A stretch of DNA of 64,000 nt from Methanobacteriota archaeon (GTDB taxonomy: Archaea > Thermoplasmatota > Thermoplasmata > SG8-5 > JAGLSY01), in NCBI GenBank assembly GCA_020697715.1, contig JAEHCO010000004.1, positions 1-64,000 on the forward strand. Reading direction: 5' to 3'. Below the pieces are notes generated by a model. The model had not been told where the DNA came from. It searched no databases and saw only the letters and a program-made list of their open reading frames with translations. Numbering within the stretch: the first letter of the stretch is position 1; every line of letters begins with the position of its first letter. The position numbers were made by a program, and so were the translations under genes. Below, piece after piece: positions 50,815 to 60,165 of this stretch.

Positions 50815-50878
50815 AATGAGGGCTCCCCAATGCTGAAGCATTGGCAATAAATGTAGCTACATTTACTGAGCCCTTATT
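50815..50878. other. Three-way-junction palindromic structure between the convergent hypD and protease genes
   Basis: Outer stem AATGAGGGCTC/GAGCCCTTATT enclosing CCAATGC-TGAA-GCATTGG and the palindrome TAAATGTAGCTACATTTA. Confidence 0.55.
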
Positions 50879-50943
50879 GAATTCATCCCAAGCTAATACT
50901 TCGTAGATACATCAGATATATCCGCAAACCTAAAGGTGCGGTA

Positions 50944-51408
50944 TTAAGCTTGGGGATTATTCAATAATTCTAATACGATCTTCACCATCTCCGGCACAGC
51001 CCTGATGACCAGTGGGCACATATGATCCACTGGTGATGTGTCTATCATCTGGACACTGACTATCCAGATGTCCTCCGGGAGCTCGCCCATCTTTTTGGAT
51101 ATGTCCAGGGTTGTGAAGAGATCCCAATCGTGCAGACTGTATCCCTGTGTTTTGAGGGTGTGCACCTCATCTGGTCTGAAACATCTTACTTCTGCTGGCT
51201 GGCCTCCAAACTCGGCCGCGTCTATGATCACGACCTTGTCGTAATCCGCCAGCACATGAACGAGATTGATACCGCCCGTGCCCATCTCGATGAAGTCCAT
51301 GTCCTCCGGAAGGTCTGCCTTGCGGTCTTTCAATCTGTTGAGGACCGCTATGCCGGCCCCGTCATCCGCCATGAGGGGATTGCCAATTCCGATTATCGCT
51401 TGCTTCAT
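50944..51408 (-). CDS. Hydrogenase maturation endopeptidase (HybD/HycI family)
   Basis: IGIGNPLMADDGAG, IIDAA, SLHD. Confidence 0.93.
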   Translation of the reverse strand: MKQAIIGIGNPLMADDGAGIAVLNRLKDRKADLPEDMDFIEMGTGGINLVHVLADYDKVVIIDAAEFGGQPAEVRCFRPDEVHTLKTQGYSLHDWDLFTTLDISKKMGELPEDIWIVSVQMIDTSPVDHMCPLVIRAVPEMVKIVLELLNNPQA

Positions 51409-51449
51409 TGGACCACCAGTAAGTTCAAGTTATACTAAAAGGTAAAGGT

Positions 51450-51473
51450 GGAAGGGGCTTTTGAACCCCTTCC
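51450..51473 (-). terminator. Hairpin plus pyrimidine tract after hydrogenase large subunit 1
   Basis: Minus strand GGAAGGGG-TTCAAAAG-CCCCTTCC followed by ACCTTTACCTTTT. Confidence 0.65.
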
Positions 51474-51509
51474 TTTTTCCATCCCATTTGGGCATTTTCC
51501 CCCTAGGAT

Positions 51510-52808
51510 CTATCTCTTCCACTGCACATCCAGATAATGGGTCGAACAGCTGATGCACGGGTCGTATGCTCTCACGAGCATTTCCAGTGTCAGTTCTATC
51601 TCCTTTTCCGGAAGGTCCAGTAATGTTGGTGCTATTGCCTGGAAGTCCAGATTGATATTGTTGTGGTTCTGGTTGGTCGGGATTATGCAGTTGGCCTTCA
51701 CGCATACGCCTTTGTCATCGTATGTGTAGTCATGGAATAATATTCCTCTAGGCACATCGACTGCTCCGACGCCTCGGCCAGCCTTCACTTCGTACTTGGG
51801 CCTCTCATTGACATTGACACCTTTTTCCAGTAGCTTGTCGATCAGAGCCAGCGTGTCTTCGATGCTGTGCACGATCTCCACCAGCTGGGCCACATTGTTC
51901 ATGAAAGGATTATGGTTTACTGGTTGAAGTCCGAACTTGCCAGCCCATTCCTTTGCCAGTGGTCCCATCTTTTCATAGTTCAGATTGAACCTGGCGAGTG
52001 CGCCGACCATGTATGATTCCCTCTTGTGCTTGGTGTATTTGGCTGTCGAATGCGGCACAACGAATTCATTTGTTATGCCTTCATACTCTGCAACTGGCCA
52101 TCGTCCGCCATCCGTAGATCCGATGTCGCCGTCATAGATAGCATATTCATCATCCGCAACAAGACCGATGAACTCTGTCTCACGTACAAAGTTAGGCAGT
52201 TTGTGGGCATGCGCCAGCACGATCTCACCGACCGCGACCACATCAGGTATGGCATCCACCCATTTCTGGCGAATTTCTTTCAATTGCTTTTCCGAAGGTA
52301 TGTGACTGAAGCCTCCAACTACAAGACTTACTGGATGCACTGTCCTTCCACATATCAGATTGGAGAACTCATTTGCCAATCTGTGTAGTCCGACAATTTT
52401 CAGGACCGCATCGGTATGACTGCTTGCTAATGGTACAACACTTGGTGCGCCCAATAGATCAGGAGCTACCAGGTAACCGACATGCAGGACATGGCTTTGC
52501 AGGTTCTCCGCATGGATAGCCAGTCGTCTCAATATCTGTGTTTGCTCGGATATCTGAATGTCCATTGCGGCTTCTGTAGCTTTTAAAGAAGCCAGGCTGT
52601 GACCTATCGAGCATATACCGCATATCCTTGAGGTTATGTGGCTCAGCTCATTGTACGGTCTGCCTCTTACGAATGATTCGAAGAACCTTGGAGCTTCGGA
52701 TACTTGCCACTGGACGAACTCAACTGTCCCATCCTTTGCGTTCAATACTATATTTCCATGGCCTTCAACTCTTGTCAAGTGCTCTACATTTATGTTTATC
52801 TCAGACAA
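51510..52808 (-). CDS. hydA: Group 3b [NiFe]-hydrogenase large (alpha) subunit, copy 1
   Basis: TRVEGHG, L1 SRICGICSIGH, YMVGALAR, PRG.LFH, L2 YDPCISCSTH; TTG start at 52808 after GAGGTG. Confidence 0.93.
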   Translation of the reverse strand: MSEININVEHLTRVEGHGNIVLNAKDGTVEFVQWQVSEAPRFFESFVRGRPYNELSHITSRICGICSIGHSLASLKATEAAMDIQISEQTQILRRLAIHAENLQSHVLHVGYLVAPDLLGAPSVVPLASSHTDAVLKIVGLHRLANEFSNLICGRTVHPVSLVVGGFSHIPSEKQLKEIRQKWVDAIPDVVAVGEIVLAHAHKLPNFVRETEFIGLVADDEYAIYDGDIGSTDGGRWPVAEYEGITNEFVVPHSTAKYTKHKRESYMVGALARFNLNYEKMGPLAKEWAGKFGLQPVNHNPFMNNVAQLVEIVHSIEDTLALIDKLLEKGVNVNERPKYEVKAGRGVGAVDVPRGILFHDYTYDDKGVCVKANCIIPTNQNHNNINLDFQAIAPTLLDLPEKEIELTLEMLVRAYDPCISCSTHYLDVQWKR

Positions 52809-52809
52809 A

Positions 52810-53589
52810 TTAGTCACCTCCTTTATCTTCAAAGTCGCGGTAATTATACATCGTCCTCTTGGTCATGATCTCATTCGGACTGAGCCCGTATTTCTTCAAG
52901 ACCTCGGCATGAGCCTGGGTATGCGGATGGTCCACATATCCTCTGCAAGCCTCGCATTCGCCGCCATGTGTTGGACATGGCGCTCCACATCCTGCCCGAG
53001 CAACTGGACCCATACAGAATCCACCTGTTTCGAACACGCAGATATTCTCATTCTTCTTACACTCGACACATACCGGGTAGTCTGGTATGGGTAATTTCTT
53101 ACCTGTTAGAAGTGCCACAAGGACCTTGCCGAACTCATCGGAATCAATGGGGCAGCCAGGTATGGCAGCGTCCACCTTCACGATCTCGCTCACAGCCCTG
53201 TGTTTGATCTGTGCGAAATATGGGTTGGAATCACCCTTGGTTATCTCCGAGCCAGGATGTCTCTCATAGACCTCGACCTTATTTGCCTCGGCATCCCACT
53301 GATTGCCCAGTCTCTGCACACCACCAAGGTGAGCGCATGCTCCGATGGTTATGAGTATGCTGGCTTGCTCGCGTATCTTCTTTATTCTATCGATATCAAT
53401 TGGCCTTGCGATGGAACCCTCGATTATGGCTATATCATAATCGTCCGAGTGTTCCTTCATGGCCTCTCTGAAGGACACTATGTCCACCAGTGCCAATACA
53501 TCAAGGATGGCCTCCTCCAGGTTCACGACCTGAAGCTGACAACCCTCACAGCTGGCAAAGTCAAAGAATGCTACTTTGGGTTTACTCAT
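52810..53589 (-). CDS. hydD: Group 3b [NiFe]-hydrogenase small (delta) subunit
   Basis: FASCEGCQ, EGS, GACA..GG, IPGCP, VCVECK, CMGPV..AGC.A.CP....C..CRG. Confidence 0.92.
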   Translation of the reverse strand: MSKPKVAFFDFASCEGCQLQVVNLEEAILDVLALVDIVSFREAMKEHSDDYDIAIIEGSIARPIDIDRIKKIREQASILITIGACAHLGGVQRLGNQWDAEANKVEVYERHPGSEITKGDSNPYFAQIKHRAVSEIVKVDAAIPGCPIDSDEFGKVLVALLTGKKLPIPDYPVCVECKKNENICVFETGGFCMGPVARAGCGAPCPTHGGECEACRGYVDHPHTQAHAEVLKKYGLSPNEIMTKRTMYNYRDFEDKGGD

Positions 53590-53651
53590 GTTGGATACCT
53601 CCATTTATCATTCCGGTATCTTCAATGAAATCACTTCGCTCTCTCATTGAA
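53582..53651 (-). promoter_or_regulatory. Junction element A: hairpin + SD + bridging mini-ORF (53582-53647)
   Basis: TTCAATGAGA-GAGCGAAGTGA-TTTCATTGAA-GATACCGGAATGATAAATGGAGG; peptide MRERSDFIEDTGMINGGIQHE*. Confidence 0.7.
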
Positions 53652-55560
53652 ACGCCTCCGGTTCATCTTTAATGTCTTTATAATTGAATACAGGCCCCTC
53701 TTTACAGACATATATTCCATTTATCTGGCAGTGACCGCACTTGCCTACACCACATTTCATGCGCCTTTCCAGAGAGACAATGATATTCTCCTCCGGCATG
53801 CCCATGTTAAGCAGATCGCGGTTAACGAACCTGTACATGATCGGTGGGCCAACTACCACAGCGATGGTGTTCAATGGATCGAAGGTCACCATAGGCATGA
53901 TGGTGGTGATAACACCTACCTGTCCATCCCATGACTCGCCCTCTGCACAGGTATCAACGGTCCTGTGCATTTCGACACCAGGTGTATTCTCCCATTGGGC
54001 GATCTCATCCTTGAAGAGAAGCTCACTGGGATCCTTGCAGCCATAGAGGATCATGACCTTGCCATAATCAGCACGGTTGTTCAGCACATACTTGATAAGG
54101 GAGCGCATTGGAACTATGCCCAATCCACCACCAATGAACAAAATATTCTTTCCCTTCATGTCTTCCGTGTCAAAGCCAGTACCAAATGGGCCTCTGATCC
54201 CGATCTTGTCTCCCTCACTTAGAGAATGAAGCTTATTGGTCAGGTCTCCCACATTCCTCACGATGATCTGGAATGTGTTCCCTCCTGGTGGAGAAGATAC
54301 TGAAATTGGTGCTTCGCCCACACCGTATATGGATACTTCGACGAACTGTCCAGGCACATGACCAAGGGGCTGGCCGTCATCCAATCCGATCTCGAAGAAG
54401 GTCTCGGTCTTGGTGAGTTTCATCATCCGCCTTATGGTCGCGGTCCTTGGTATGTACAATGAATCACTGGCAACTATTCCAAGGTCAGATTTCTCTGGCA
54501 CATGACCCACATTTGCATCAGGTATCGTGTCCATCGTCGCTTCGGCCAGTTTATTGATCAGATTGACCGGGTCTGCAATGTCAGGAATACATGCACTTGA
54601 ACATCTTCCACAACCAACACAGGCAACGAAGCCCATGGCATCTGGAAGGTACTTACCCTTCCTGTTAATCCTGTGGCGATATCTCTCTACGATATCCTCT
54701 CTGAATATCTCTCCAGGCGCGACCTTTGTGAAGTCACGGAGCAGGCAGCCATCCCATGTTCTGGTTCTGACACCAGTGTTGAGATCTAATCCGACCTCGT
54801 CATTGACATCATAGCAGAAACATGTTGGACAAACGAGAGTGCAGGAGCCGCATGCCAGACACTGATCCGACATCTCCTTCCATACCGAGCTCATGTAATT
54901 GTTCGATAGAAGAGAATGCCATGCTTTGGGGCCGACCTTCAAGCCTCTTGTAGCTCTGTCGATCGCCTCCTGTCGCTTGTTCTTGGCAGCCTCTATCTCC
55001 TGAGGCTGTGCATCTCGAGATGTTGCCCTCTGAAGGAGCTCTGCACCTTCAGGAGTTCCCGGAAGGATAGCATAAAGCACACCCAGGTCTGTAATCATCA
55101 GATCGAAGTGCAATTCAGGGGTGCCAGCATCTTTCATCAGGTCCCCATAGAAGGCCTTTTCAGAGGCCTTCGCGGGCATCACACCTATCAGAAGAGAATT
55201 TTTTCTTTTCTGCAAATATATGTCATCAACATTGGTGTCGAAGAAGTATTTGTCCATCTGCTGGATCGCTATCAGGTCATATGGATGAACTCCCACAATG
55301 ACCTTCTTCGTGTCCATAGCTGGAGCAGTGGCCTTCCCAGTCGATATATCGAAATGCATCATTGTCTCGTACTGAGGCAGATAATACTTCTTGGGTGGAA
55401 GAATGGTGACATCATAGTCCAAGCGCAGCTCTGTTGCTGAGTCTAGCGGTCCAAATACGAACTTATCTCCTTTGGCCTTCACGCCCTCAACATCCAAAGA
55501 TTCATCCTGGATCAGGGCATTTATAAAGGCATCGAAATCTTGTTTTGATATTATTTTCAT
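53644..55560 (-). CDS. Fused sulfhydrogenase beta-gamma subunit (AsrA/HydB-like Fe-S + AsrB/HydG-like FAD/NAD(P))
   Basis: N-half PPKKY, CLACGSCTLVCPTCFC, R.WDGC, CVGCGRC...C; C-half PGQF, GEAPIS, RGPFG.GF, GGGLG..P, GPP.M, SLERRMKCGVGKCGHC, CKEGPVF. Confidence 0.9.
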   Translation of the reverse strand: MKIISKQDFDAFINALIQDESLDVEGVKAKGDKFVFGPLDSATELRLDYDVTILPPKKYYLPQYETMMHFDISTGKATAPAMDTKKVIVGVHPYDLIAIQQMDKYFFDTNVDDIYLQKRKNSLLIGVMPAKASEKAFYGDLMKDAGTPELHFDLMITDLGVLYAILPGTPEGAELLQRATSRDAQPQEIEAAKNKRQEAIDRATRGLKVGPKAWHSLLSNNYMSSVWKEMSDQCLACGSCTLVCPTCFCYDVNDEVGLDLNTGVRTRTWDGCLLRDFTKVAPGEIFREDIVERYRHRINRKGKYLPDAMGFVACVGCGRCSSACIPDIADPVNLINKLAEATMDTIPDANVGHVPEKSDLGIVASDSLYIPRTATIRRMMKLTKTETFFEIGLDDGQPLGHVPGQFVEVSIYGVGEAPISVSSPPGGNTFQIIVRNVGDLTNKLHSLSEGDKIGIRGPFGTGFDTEDMKGKNILFIGGGLGIVPMRSLIKYVLNNRADYGKVMILYGCKDPSELLFKDEIAQWENTPGVEMHRTVDTCAEGESWDGQVGVITTIMPMVTFDPLNTIAVVVGPPIMYRFVNRDLLNMGMPEENIIVSLERRMKCGVGKCGHCQINGIYVCKEGPVFNYKDIKDEPEAFQ

Positions 55561-55579
55561 TCTTATTCCTCCGCAATTA

Positions 55580-56311
55580 TCAATTAATGACCTTTAGTGC
55601 TTCGAACCCATCTGGTGTGTAGCGAAGTTCGAAGGGGTCTGTGGTGTGGTTCACACCTCTCATCTTGATTATCTGGATCTGTCTCTGGCTCTTGGTGGGA
55701 TTTATCTGTTCCATTGATAATTTGATTATACCATCAGCAAGGAAATCTATGTCATGCTTGCTGAATTTTGGAGAATCCTGGCTCATCTCGGTTATCAAGA
55801 ATGTTGTTACACCCAGCTTCTTCAGCCATTTGAAGAAGTGGAATAGCTCATCCCTTGGATCATCCATCTTGAACATCATTTCCACCACGGGTAGAGAATC
55901 TATGACCAGAAGGTCAAAACCCATAGCATTCTTCAATGTCTCCAATTGTCTCTTGAAGGTCTCCATGTTCACTTTGCCAGTCGGGTCCTCAGGATGTATC
56001 CCAGGATCCTGGCTCAGCTTCAACCACTGCTCTCTTGTCGTGGTAAGGTCATAGAGATTCAATCGCCCCTCCACATTATCGCCCATACCCAGCTTGGTCA
56101 GGTGGTACATGAAATTGTCCCGATCCTGCTCAAGTGTTAGATAAAGAGCCTTGGTCTCACCGTCCTGTGCATTGGCCATCAAAGTACGGTAGGCCAATGT
56201 GGACTTCATGGTTCCAGGTGTTCCTGCCAGAAGGACAATGTGTTTATCAGGAATACCTCCGTCCATCTTATCATCCAAACCATTAATGTTTAATTTATAG
56301 GTTTTTTCCAT
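55580..56311 (-). CDS. KaiC/GvpD/RAD55-family RecA-like ATPase (single domain)
   Basis: GLD..MDGGIP, GTPGTMKST, LVIDSL, FLADGII, IIKMRG..H. Confidence 0.9.
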   Translation of the reverse strand: MEKTYKLNINGLDDKMDGGIPDKHIVLLAGTPGTMKSTLAYRTLMANAQDGETKALYLTLEQDRDNFMYHLTKLGMGDNVEGRLNLYDLTTTREQWLKLSQDPGIHPEDPTGKVNMETFKRQLETLKNAMGFDLLVIDSLPVVEMMFKMDDPRDELFHFFKWLKKLGVTTFLITEMSQDSPKFSKHDIDFLADGIIKLSMEQINPTKSQRQIQIIKMRGVNHTTDPFELRYTPDGFEALKVIN

Positions 56312-56582
56312 TTTATCTACTCCAAAGTTCCTGGTTTTTTGTCTTAAATATTTGATCTAACCAGTTATTATCAATTGAAAACACCAGATAGGTATTAAAA
56401 AACTATGATAACATAAATGCAATAAAATGTCATAAATGATATTATTAATATCAATAAGTGGCATTATGTACAAAATATAGCCAGTGTGATAACGTGCATA
56501 TTATGTATATATTTTTACACCCCAAATAATAAATTATAGCATTATATCATTGAAAATGTATTTATATTGACAGTTTATCCGG

Positions 56583-57638
56583 GTGATAATGACAGAACTG
56601 CTAGAAGATGAATTGAATCTCAAAATTCTGGAGAGTATTTGCACGGGCGAAGGAGTGGAAGTGAACATAAGTCACCTTGCAAAGACCCTTGATAGACACA
56701 GGAACACTATCAAGTCCCAGATAAATGCCTTGTTCAGTCATAATATCATCAATAAACCAGTTTATCCATTCAGTTGGTTGTATCATGAATATCCGATGCT
56801 CGCGATCGCAAGAGCCGAGCTTCCGAGAAATAATGATACCGAAAGCTGGTTCAAGAGTGATGAGCACATCTTCGCAGCCTTCCATGTGAGGGATGAGGAA
56901 TACAATACATTATTGATCGAGTTCCACAAGGACATACATGCCTATGGCCAGTGGAAAAAAGAGATAGTCAATACCAATAAGATCCCGCAGAGAGACAGAA
57001 GAAATTCAGCCCATGTTCTGGTATTCAGCAATAAGGATATCATAAAGAACAAACCTTACTCTCCAATATTCATAATGGAGAAGAAGTTCAAGGAAACTGG
57101 CAAGCTCAGTCTCAATGAATACAATATCAATAATCTATGTTTCAATATACTCAAGATGCTGGTCCAGGGAGATGGGATAAGAACCAATGAGAATATGTTG
57201 GCCCAGAAGCTGGATGTCCACAGAAAGACCATCGAAAGACGCCTCAGATCATTGAAAGAGGCAGGCATCATCTCGGATCCTGCATGCAGGTTCCCAAATT
57301 TCTTCGTACCACCAGACCAGATACTTGTTTATTATCTGATGGAGGTCAAGAGGACCAAGTCAAAGATATTAAAGGCAATTGAGAATGATGATCATATACC
57401 GATGGCGTGGGAAGCTGGCATAGGCAGATATAATTTCCTTCTCTTTGGTGTGTTCCCCAGCGTGGAGGACCATTTCGATTGGGAAGACAAGTACGACCAC
57501 AGATTCAAGGAATGTATAGGGGCCATGAAGAAGATATACCTCTCACCCAGGATGGCCACTCATATCGATCAGCAGAAGATATCTCACGGCATTATAAAGA
57601 ATATGAAGAAGAAAAATGAAAAGGGATCGGATGAGTGA
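56583..57638 (+). CDS. Transcriptional regulator with two tandem wHTH + Lrp/AsnC-like effector modules
   Basis: NISHLAKTLDRHRNTIKSQINALFSHNII and NENMLAQKLDVHRKTIERRLRSLKEAGII, each followed by an alpha/beta domain. Confidence 0.75.
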   Translation: MIMTELLEDELNLKILESICTGEGVEVNISHLAKTLDRHRNTIKSQINALFSHNIINKPVYPFSWLYHEYPMLAIARAELPRNNDTESWFKSDEHIFAAFHVRDEEYNTLLIEFHKDIHAYGQWKKEIVNTNKIPQRDRRNSAHVLVFSNKDIIKNKPYSPIFIMEKKFKETGKLSLNEYNINNLCFNILKMLVQGDGIRTNENMLAQKLDVHRKTIERRLRSLKEAGIISDPACRFPNFFVPPDQILVYYLMEVKRTKSKILKAIENDDHIPMAWEAGIGRYNFLLFGVFPSVEDHFDWEDKYDHRFKECIGAMKKIYLSPRMATHIDQQKISHGIIKNMKKKNEKGSDE

Positions 57639-57654
57639 GATATTACTCATCCGA
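57627..57654. terminator. Hairpin between the convergent regulator and HEAT genes
   Basis: TCGGATGAGTGA-GATA-TTACTCATCCGA, 12-bp stem including one G-T pair. Confidence 0.6.
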
Positions 57655-57680
57655 CCATTCTATTTACACTTGGTCTTCCT

Positions 57681-58103
57681 TTATTGCTTACCACGATTAT
57701 CCTGGATCTCTATCAAAGCATAGCGCAGGTTGCATCGCAGTTCCTTACTGATATTCTTACCATCCATTTTCGAAGCGATCATTTCCATTGCTGGCTCGCC
57801 GATGTCTATCAATGCCTCGATGGACCTCCATTGGACAGACGATTCATCATCCACCAGAGCTTTTATCAATGGTTCTATAGCACATGGATCTCCAATATGA
57901 CCAAGGGCCTCGGCAGATCTGTATCTCACTGTCGCATTCGTGTCATGCAATAGTGCCTCTGCCAGCGGACCAACAGCTGATCCACCTACCCTCTCAAGAG
58001 AATTGCGCGCACTTTGTTGCTCCATGCCAGTTCCTGTTCCGCAGGCCTGGATGAGATCAAGGATATCATTTGCTTCATACGAGTTCTGTGACACACTCTC
58101 CAT
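57681..58103 (-). CDS. HEAT-repeat (PBS lyase-like) protein
   Basis: VRYRSAEALGHIGDPCAIEPLIKALVDDESSVQWRSIEAL..IG; ATG overlaps the hydrogenase stop (TGATG) after GGAGG. Confidence 0.85.
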   Translation of the reverse strand: MESVSQNSYEANDILDLIQACGTGTGMEQQSARNSLERVGGSAVGPLAEALLHDTNATVRYRSAEALGHIGDPCAIEPLIKALVDDESSVQWRSIEALIDIGEPAMEMIASKMDGKNISKELRCNLRYALIEIQDNRGKQ

Positions 58104-59428
58104 CAGTTCCCCTCCTTTTTTGTCTCGGAGCCATTGACCCACTCGACATTCAGGTAGTGGGTGGAGCAGCTTATGCACGGATCATATGCTCTAACGAGCA
58201 TCTCGAGGTTCAGCTCGATCTCCTTTTCAGGTCTGTCAAGGAGAGTTGGAGCGAAGGCCGCGAAATCCTGGTTGATATTGTTGTGGTTCATATTTGTCGG
58301 AATTACACAGTTAGCCTTTACACAGTTCCCCTTGTCATCATATTCGTATTCATGGAAGAGAAGACCTCTTGGAACCTCCACAGCACCCACACCGCGTCCT
58401 GCCTTTGGCGTGACCTTTGGTGTTGGCTCCTGCTTCATTCCACCGTCCAATAGTTCATCGATTATCCTGACTGAATCCTCGATGGAGTGAACGAATTCAA
58501 CGAATTGAGCCACATTGTTCATGAAAGGATTTGGATTAACTGGCTTGAGTCCGAACTTGTCAGCCCATTCCTTGGCCAGCGGACTAAGCTTATCGGCATT
58601 CAGGTTGAACCGGGCCAATGCTCCAACCATGTATGAGTCGCGTTTATTCTTGGTGAACTTGGCTGTGGAGTATGGAACTACGAACTCATTCACAATGGTC
58701 TTGTAAGCATCCGCATGCTGAGGCTCCTCATCGGTTGATCCGACCATTCCATCATACAGGGCATATTCGTCATCCGTGACCAGAGCGATATATTCCGTAT
58801 CCCTCTTGAAATCCGGAAGAGCTCCTGCATTGGCAAGTATGACCTCGCCGACCGCATTGCCTGTTGGAACCATGTCCAGCAAGTTCTGTCTGATATCCTT
58901 CAGTGCATATGGAGATGGTGTCTTGTATATACCGCCTGGCACCAGATTGGTAGGATGTGTCGTCCTGCCGCATATCAGGTCGGACATCAAGTTCGCCTGC
59001 CTGTGGAGCTTGACAATAGCCAAAACCTCATCGGGGTTTGAACCGACGAGTGGCACCACGCTTCCAACTCCAAAGAGATCTGGAGCTACAAGGTATCCGA
59101 CATGGAGTATGTGGCTCTGAAGATTCTCGGCATGGATAGCCAGCCTTCTAAGTTTCTGGCTCTGCTCGGATATCTCGATGTCCATCGCGGCTTCAGTGGC
59201 TTTCAATGAAGCCAGTGTGTGACCGATTGAACAGATACCACATATCCTGGACGTTATTGGAGCCAGCTGATTGTATGGCTTACCTCTGACGAAGGATTCA
59301 AAGAGACGTGGGGCCTCGGAGACCTGCCACTGTATCTTCTCAATGGTACCGTCCTTCGCATTCAGGACGATGTTTCCATGTCCCTCCACTCTTGTCAAAT
59401 GCTCTACATTAATGTTTATTTCACTCAT
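58103..59428 (-). CDS. hydA: Group 3b-type [NiFe]-hydrogenase large subunit, copy 2
   Basis: Same motifs as copy 1 (SRICGICSIGH, YDPCISCSTH) with long identical stretches such as SEININVEHLTRVEGHGNIVLNAKDGT. Confidence 0.93.
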   Translation of the reverse strand: MSEININVEHLTRVEGHGNIVLNAKDGTIEKIQWQVSEAPRLFESFVRGKPYNQLAPITSRICGICSIGHTLASLKATEAAMDIEISEQSQKLRRLAIHAENLQSHILHVGYLVAPDLFGVGSVVPLVGSNPDEVLAIVKLHRQANLMSDLICGRTTHPTNLVPGGIYKTPSPYALKDIRQNLLDMVPTGNAVGEVILANAGALPDFKRDTEYIALVTDDEYALYDGMVGSTDEEPQHADAYKTIVNEFVVPYSTAKFTKNKRDSYMVGALARFNLNADKLSPLAKEWADKFGLKPVNPNPFMNNVAQFVEFVHSIEDSVRIIDELLDGGMKQEPTPKVTPKAGRGVGAVEVPRGLLFHEYEYDDKGNCVKANCVIPTNMNHNNINQDFAAFAPTLLDRPEKEIELNLEMLVRAYDPCISCSTHYLNVEWVNGSETKKEGN

Positions 59429-59488
59429 ATTCGACCCCTCCATTTCATTCCGGGCTCTTGAATGTGCTCAGTTCGTTCGCACATTCAA
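59425..59488 (-). promoter_or_regulatory. Junction element B: hairpin + SD + bridging mini-ORF (59425-59484)
   Basis: TTGAATGTGC-GAACGAACTGA-GCACATTCAA-GAGCCCGGAATGAAATGGAGG; peptide MCERTEHIQEPGMKWRGRI*. Confidence 0.7.
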
Positions 59489-60165
59489 AATCCCTCCTGA
59501 GTCATGATCTTTTCAAGCATCTCCATCGAATCATAGGAGAATACCTTGGCTGCTACAAGTATCTCTTCTTTTGTGAAGCCAGCATCCTTGTATGCCTTCA
59601 ATCCGAATCTGAGGATATCCTCATTGGCCATTATCGAATGACAACCCTCACACCTGTATCCTTTTCTGGTACAGTAAGCATTACAGTTGGCATATGTCAA
59701 TGGCCCCAGGCAAAGCTCTCCTCTTGTCAGAAGACAACCTTCACCCTGATTCGGGCATTCGGCACATACTGGCACTCCATTAATATCATAATCCCTGCAT
59801 AGCTTGGCGAATTGGCATTCGCCGCTGACTGGGCAATCCCTGCACTTCTGCACATGCTCCGACAGCAGAAGTTCGACAACTGTCCTTCTTGCCTGATATA
59901 CAGCATCACTGATAGTAGATACAGACAATCCAGAAGAAACAGGCATCGTACAACTTGGTTGAAGCCCAGGTCTGCCACCTGCTTTCACCTCGACCAAGCA
60001 GAGTCTACAAGATCCGATCCTTTGTTCAGGGAACAGTGGATTGAAGCAAAGAGTTGGTATGTCAACCGAGTTCGCTCTTGCCACATCCAGTACTGTCTGG
60101 TTCGGCTCTCCAGCATAGTCCTTTCCATCTATCACTATGTTTATTTTGAATGAAGTCGTTGCCAT
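59485..60165 (-). CDS. Chimeric Fe-S protein: NuoG/HndD-type [2Fe-2S] + His-ligated [4Fe-4S] domain fused to a hydrogenase small-subunit C-terminal cluster domain
   Basis: IPTLC, GSCRLCLVEV, PSC, ELLLSEH...CRDC.....C; then VCAEC......C.......CLGP....NC...C......CEGC. Confidence 0.85.
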   Translation of the reverse strand: MATTSFKINIVIDGKDYAGEPNQTVLDVARANSVDIPTLCFNPLFPEQRIGSCRLCLVEVKAGGRPGLQPSCTMPVSSGLSVSTISDAVYQARRTVVELLLSEHVQKCRDCPVSGECQFAKLCRDYDINGVPVCAECPNQGEGCLLTRGELCLGPLTYANCNAYCTRKGYRCEGCHSIMANEDILRFGLKAYKDAGFTKEEILVAAKVFSYDSMEMLEKIMTQEGF

